Shown here in pieces: positions 57,403-64,000 of a DNA stretch of 64,000 nucleotides. Each line of letters starts with the position of its first letter. Within the stretch, counting starts at the first letter, position 1. Source of the DNA: Trichinella spiralis. Its lineage: Eukaryota. The notes beneath the pieces are model-generated. The model saw nothing but the letters and a program-made list of their open reading frames with translations, was not told where the DNA came from and searched no databases. The DNA lies in contig NW_003526945.1 in NCBI RefSeq assembly GCF_000181795.1, forward strand, positions 1,771,836 through 1,835,835. The letters are read 5' to 3'. The position numbers were made by a program, and so were the translations under genes.

Positions 57403-60029
57403 TGTCCCTTTTACCACCAAGTTGACTTTATTTCAGTATCCGGTTGGAAAGCGGCATTGATTCCTGAAAATCATTTCCTATCCGATTATCAATTCAACGT
57501 TATCATCAACGCCGACGGAAAGAGAAACAACATACCAGGTGAGAATTGGACAATAATAATGATTTGTGATTTGCATTATTTATTTTTGCAAAAATTAAAG
57601 GTTTTCCACATAAAGAGTTTCGTGGAAAATTGGCCATTGGTTTGACAGCGAATTTTGTTAATCATCACACCGAAATGGAAAATAATGTGAAAGAAATATC
57701 CGGTATCTCGTATTTTTACGATTCAAATTTTTTCCGTGGCCTAGAAGAGGAGACGGGTATTCAATTGGAAAACATCGTCTATTACAAAGGGGACACGCAT
57801 TATTTCGTGATGACGGCTAAAAAGCAAAGTCTGCTCGAACGAAGAGTCATCATCCAAGTTGATCGATTAATTTGTTCTAATGTAATGTACGGGCAGAAAA
57901 CAGTATTGTATTTTCTAATTGCAGGATTTCGAAGAAGTGTCGAAATTGTTGGAAGCGAAGAACGTTTGCAGTGAAAATTTGCTGGCCTATGTGACAGACG
58001 TGGCGAATTTTGCGACGAACAATTCAATACCGAATCTCGAATTTGCTCTCAATGAGAACAACCTTCCGGATGTGGCGATGTTTGATTTTACATCGTTGTT
58101 CAGCGCGGAAAATTCTTCAAGATTTGAACAGAAGCATGGTCGACCGCTGCTGTTGGGTCTCGTCGGTGACAGTCTGCACGAAGTATGTGAAACGAGAATA
58201 ACAGAATATAATTGCGTTTCGGTTTGGAAAAGAAATTCTCTTTTCGCAGCCTTTCTGGCCAACAGGAACCGGCATTGGGCGTGGCTTTACCAGTGTGTTC
58301 GACGCCGCTTGGATGGTGCGCGGCTACGGCTGCGGTAAGCCAATTTTGCAAATATTGGCCGAAAGGGAAAGCTATTACAAGCTGCTGACCCAAGTCACGC
58401 CCGAAACGTTGTCGAAGAATTTCAAAAATTGCACAATCGACCCGCGCACGCGTTATACGTGCTGTGATAATTATCTGCTGCCCAATCAGGTTGCGTATCG
58501 GCAGTTGTTGGTTTTAAATTTGAATTTAAAATTTAAGAAAAAAACTTCCTTGTCAGGTCATACAGCTGGTCAGTTCAGACGTTAATTTGCGTACGAATGA
58601 ACAGCCGTCGTATTCGCTAGTCCAGTCGGTCAGCTTGAGTGGAGAGGTGAAATTTGAACAGCGTCGCACGCTGTTCAACTGGCTTCAAGACACGTTGGCA
58701 CCGTATCGTCGACGCTTGCACGATTTGATGGCGTTGTTCGACAGTGGCGTCATTTTGAGCATGATCATTTGCCGTTATCGACGTCAAGAGGCGAAGTCGG
58801 TTGTGGTCGGCTCACCGCCAAAGTGTACCGTGAACGTGGAACTGTGCTACGAGAAGGTGAAATCGTTGTGGGGTGTGGAAGCGCCAGATCAGAAAGACCA
58901 CTACGACCAAGTGTGTGAATATCTATCCGAGATTAAGGGGAAAATTGACGAAGAAAAGCCCTCGTCGCCGACGGTGGTTCTCGTGCCGGCTCAGGCGGCG
59001 TTCAGTGAGCTGAAGGATCCAATTGTGGACGGCCGAGTTGGTGGAAGTGAGCTCAAAGAGCGAGCAGGTGCAGGGCAACGTGGCGAGGATGTTGATTTCG
59101 ACCGTGGATGGTTGGCGCGCACCAGTGGCGGTGACAGCAGTGAACGGGCCTCGGCAAGGAAATTGGACCCCGGGTTGTTGCAGACGGTCGACGGACTGCT
59201 CCGAGGCAAGGAGAAGGCCAAAGTCGAGCCCAAGTCGACCGTCGGCAAGCTGAATCAGTCGGCCATAATGGAAATGGAGATCCAGTTGAAAAATCCGCAC
59301 ACCGCGAGGCGTCGGCAGTATACTGATCACCAGCAGCCAGTGTTGAGCAGCAAAGAGGCGAAAATTATAGCCGAGAAAACGGCCATTCTGAAACAACGTG
59401 CTCAGAATGGTTTTCAGCTCACCAATGACCGATTCCAACTGATCGACTCTTGCATCGAACGGTTGGACAAGCACCTCAGAATGGCGGATACCAGTGGCGC
59501 AGTGGGTGTGGCGGAACTGGCCAAAATCCATGCGGTGAACATCGGCACGCGGAAGCCGCCGGCTCCGTTGCCACCGCCGAAGCAGAAGCCGAAGCTGTCG
59601 GCGGCCTGCTCCTACCTTCAAGAACCTGAACTGTGCTTTGTCTGCGGCAAGCCGGCTTACATGGCCGAGCGGGTGGCCGTTGAGGGGCTGCTGATCCACA
59701 GGGACTGTTTCCGTTGCGCTTATTGTCAGTGCTGTCTGCGGATGAATGCCTATGGCGCAGAGCGGTTGGAAAATTATGGAAAAGTGTTCTTCTGCGACCG
59801 TCATTTGAAATGTTCATTGAAGTCCAAAGTGGAAGAGTTGGACAAGAACAAATTGCACGCCGATTCCACATCCCATACCACGGAACGTGTCAATTTCGCG
59901 TTGGGTGGTGAAAATATCGCCGTGTCTAGCAGTGAGGAAACTTTGTTTGAGTGGAAAATTTCCGACGCCCAACGTTTCAACAATTCTGATGATGATGATG
60001 ATGACGACAATGACAGAAGTGAACAGTAG
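56554..60029 (+). CDS. MICAL: MICAL-family F-actin monooxygenase (FAD monooxygenase + degenerate CH + LIM domain)
   Basis: '[41 protein letters not shown]', 'ADGKRN', '[24 protein letters not shown]', '[21 protein letters not shown]', 'IDPRTRY'; CH-like '[21 protein letters not shown]'; LIM '[31 protein letters not shown]'. Confidence 0.93.
57373..57398. repeat. (AT)n microsatellite in a MICAL intron
   Basis: Directly visible. Confidence 0.9.
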
Positions 60030-61021
60030 ATAGAGAATACGGAAGATAACAATAATTGATAAGTTTTCAAATAATTTGCATGGTGTTGTTGTTCTGTAGT
60101 TGTAGTTTTCCATTTTGAACCGGTATTTATTATGGTTGTTTGTTTCAGTTTCAGGTAAAAACATATTTTCTGTCCTATCTCAAGTTGAAATTGTTGCTGC
60201 TTTTTCATTTATCGTTCATGTTCAAGTTTTAGCTGTTCAAGCGACCTTTCCCAGAGTTCGTGTTGACGGGAAGGCATATTTCTATTAGTCACATATTCTC
60301 TTTACCTGTTACCGAAGTTCATTGTTTTGATGTTTTTTAATCAAGTAAAAAAATTTATAAATCGCATCCATTTGTAAACTCACGTTTTTCAACTACATAT
60401 GTATTTGTAAAATAGCAAAAAACAAGCGAACAAACATGCTTCCTTGATTGAAATACAACGTGTTGTGTGAGATGCAATGTTGATAAAAAAGAAAAAACTT
60501 TGATACGAGTTGTTGAGCATGCAGTTGTAACCGACAAATACGAAAGAGAATCTCTCGCGGTTGATTTGAAACTTAACTTATCAGTATGCAAATAATACGG
60601 AAGCAAATTATTGATAAAACATCATCAAATTTAACTTACTTGGTTCAAGATCAAGAAAAACCAATAAAAATGATTAAAATACATGTATAATAAGTATATT
60701 CGAATGTTGGTGATATTATTGGAGTTTTTAACCATTTCTTGTGCACCTGTTTGCATGCAGGTAAACAATATTCCACGTACCTGTAACCTATTTTACAGAC
60801 CGGTTGGCTGACGTGTCATCATTATATTATGCAAGTTCGAAAACAACAAACAATACACTTTGTTCTTCCAACTAATTATTGCTGAACTTTGATAAAATCT
60901 GAAATTATTACTTTACGCAATAACTTGCTTTATTTCTAATCATTTGTACATGTAACAAAAGAATCAACATTTTCCACAGCTCATATAATAAATAATGTTT
61001 GCAACTTATGCAACAGTACAA

Positions 61022-61060
61022 TACAGTACAGTACAGTACAGTACAGTACAGTACAGTACA
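61022..61060. repeat. (TACAG)n pentanucleotide microsatellite
   Basis: Seven or more tandem TACAG units. Confidence 0.93.
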
Positions 61061-62493
61061 AATCAGTATAGTTCAGCATGCAATTAGCATTTTATCCAGT
61101 ATTCAATCATGTATTTAGTGCAGTAAATTTTGTTATTTTAAAATTATAGGGAAAATATTTCAATCATTAAGTTTAATTGTGGTTTTTTCAATAAGATTGA
61201 TAAAACTGTATACAAAGTACTGTATTAAACACCGTATAAATTTCTAATTAAAAGGTATCATAAATTAAAATTTTGTAAAATATCACCTTTTTGTAATGTT
61301 TTACAAATGAAAAACGCCGAAAACTACAAATTATTAAAAAAATTATTTTTAAAAGTAATACTGGATGGAAATTTTCTTCTAACTAAAAACAGTGCGTGTT
61401 TAAGTTGATATTTGAAAAAAGTATAAAGTACGGAATAGTTTTATTAAAAATTAAAACAATTGAAAACGTACACCATTCCCAAATTATAATCTGTTGATGA
61501 AAAATCATTTTACATGAAAACAAGCTCGCTTAGTAATTTGTTGGAGAAATCAGCATTGAGTGTTTTGATTTTCTGCTTGCCACACTGCCTTTCCGACGTC
61601 CACGCCACTATCGAAAAAGAAAAAATCATTTCAGCTTCTTTTTTTAACGTTCAAAAAGTTTAATGATTTTCGTTTAATTTCTTAAATAATTAATTCACTT
61701 CAAACAAGGAAAAAGTCGAATTCGGAAATTCCGTGTGTACAAGTTGGCGTAACACGAAAAGTGGAAAGTTTTAATTGAAAAATTACCAAACTAACAATTG
61801 CACATCTTATACGGTAAATTTAGTGCAAACTGGGCTAGATTTAGCGGAGAGAAACGTGATTTGCAAATTTTATCAACAATTAATTTAAAACGTAGTATAA
61901 TTCGTTTAAAATTAGACAGCTTTGAACTAATACATCAACGGACGGATGAATCACCAAAAAATTGGACTAATCCATATTCAACACCTGTTGTAAAACCAAA
62001 TCAAAAACATGGAAATTGTGGAAAAATGGATAACTTTTTCACTAATTACGTGTATAAATGAAAAAATGATAACAATTAATGGCGAAAAATCACAGACAAC
62101 TCTTTCAATCTGATGAGCAAATAAATCTAGATGCAATTTAATGAAAAGCGTGATATTTGTTCTGTCATTCTTGTTGCCAAAAGTGACAGCTGCTCATTCG
62201 CATGAAATATCATATCACCTTTCATATCATGTGGATAGATAGTTTAATTTAATCCGCATGCTTTTTTTCAACAATTACATTTCTCATAATAATGTGAAGA
62301 AAAATGAAATATCTTTATTTTTTTTAAATAAAAATTGTACTGTATTACTGTATTTGAAAAGGGGATATCTGTTAAAGATAGAATATTGATTGATTTGTAT
62401 TGAGAAGACGAAAAATGACTGAAAATTACACTACAATACAGAATAAAAAAGGGAAATAAATAAATAATAAAAGAATAAAACAAAAAACTGTAC

Positions 62494-62646
62494 CTTGTCG
62501 AAAACTGTAGCCTCTTGGGTTTTGTCCACACAAAACCAGAGGATGCATGTAGTGGAAATGACGAATATGATGACGAAAAATGTGACCAAAACAACAATGA
62601 AGCCAAAATAATCGGCAACGTTGACGTCTTGTTTCAAATTTACCAT
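62494..62646 (-). CDS. First coding exon of a small single-pass membrane protein (downstream exon unresolved)
   Basis: MVNLKQDVNVADYFGFIVVLVTFFVIIFVISTTCILWFCVDKTQEATVFDK followed by an AAG|GTACAG donor; one clear transmembrane segment. Confidence 0.5.
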
Positions 62647-63243
62647 AATGATTATTAATTCTGCAATAGATTATATAGGTGATTATTGGTTGAATTGAAA
62701 ATGTTTAAAAATATTAAATAGATTTTGTGCGAGAAAAGCAGACGCGCGTCAGTAAATAACCAACAGTTGTAGAGGGAAAATATTGGAAATATAGAAAGCG
62801 AGAGAAAGCTGGAAAGAGAGAGAGAGAGAATGCAGAACAAGCCTGCAGAACAGGCTTGCTGCATGCATAACGTGTGCACACAAATGAATACTGGAAGACT
62901 GGGATGGAGAGAGAAAGAGAGAGAGAGAGAGTGAAAGACAAGTCAACATCATGTTGTCCTACATCGAAGCAGGCTAGACGTCTGTCTGGCTCGCCCTTTT
63001 TCCAGGCCAGTTTTTACATGCAACCATCTATATATCTATCTATCAATGCATGCATGCATTGTCATGAAGTTGGCTTCGAACGTGCTTGACGTCTATAAAT
63101 CATACTAGCTCGGCAAAAATTATACAATCAACGTATTCAATATGCAAATTTTAATGACTTAAAACTTCTTTGTTCTGCATCATTGTTTCTTTTCGTTCTT
63201 CTTTAAATTGTTGATCCGTGCTTTGCTTGAAAACACACACGTT

Positions 63244-63247
<4 letters not shown>

Positions 63248-63300
<53 letters not shown>
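63248..63300. repeat. (TA)n microsatellite
   Basis: About 26 TA units, directly visible. Confidence 0.95.
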
Positions 63301-63302
<2 letters not shown>

Positions 63303-64000
63303 GTATAATGATAAAGCTGTGCCGCTTAGTGACGAGCTTTGAAGAACAGCCGCGCTGGACAACGTCCACCTTCTCCAACGCAAACGGACCAATGAAATTA
63401 GTCATCATTATCTTTCAATTATATATATATATATATCTTTCATCTTATTTCACACAGAAAAAGTGGTCGAAATCAGACTGCTAAAAATGGAATTTTCATC
63501 CTATTCGCATGCAAACAACGCATTCATATCAATTCGCATTCCCGCACTATTTAATTTCACACTACCAATCAATGCGTTCGTTTTACATTTATTAACAACC
63601 ACTAATAATAATAATAATAATAGTAATAATTCTTTCAACGCAGAACAGCAGAACAAAGCAAATCTTGACATGTCAAGTAATGCCAAAGATGAATGCAAAT
63701 AATCTTCAACATGTTGGCAAACTGAACTGAACTAAAGCTTTCTGCAACGAACGTACATAAATACATACATATATACATACACAGACAATAATGAACAATA
63801 AAAAATTACAACTGAACATCAATTTAAAATTCGAAACAAAACAACCATATTATAAATAAATAATCGAACAAACAAATATATATATATTCGATATATAAAA
63901 TATAACTTTTTGCACAACAATAGTATTCATTCAATTAAAATAACTGATAACAAAAACAGGTAGATGAAATAAAAAATTCCAAAATCCTACTAAAATAAAT

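Noticed and set aside
58923..59804. 293-aa antisense ORF
   Set aside because: Shadow of the GC-rich MICAL last exon; no domain features.

Overview
AT-rich, intron-dense eukaryotic DNA, most consistent with a clade I nematode such as Trichinella (inferred from composition, short introns and gene content; not confirmed). I reconstructed 14 spliced or single-exon genes by hand, plus one exon of a small membrane protein: EPG5 (-), a divergent RBBP4/7-like WD40 protein (-), a secreted CPG4-like Cys-rich protein (+), a Tbx20/mab-9 T-box factor (-), an unknown disordered protein starting MNWVRNGR (-), HADHA (-), MRPL19 (+), a mitochondrial 2Fe-2S ferredoxin (-), PRMT5 (-), TBCC (+), NDUFC2 (+), SEC61B (-), ZRANB2 (-) and a MICAL flavoprotein monooxygenase (+). 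The standout unexplained feature is the 1.92-kb PRMT5 intron (40821-42740). It holds about 1 kb of apparently non-coding sequence with a G/U-skewed, GC-rich core, many hairpins, long-range closing helices, mutually exclusive alternative helices, a 3' hairpin-ACA, a G-quadruplex tract and a candidate poison exon whose 5' splice site lies in a long-range helix. It is a candidate intron-hosted structured RNA or splicing switch. Gene limits are manual and may be off at terminal exons.
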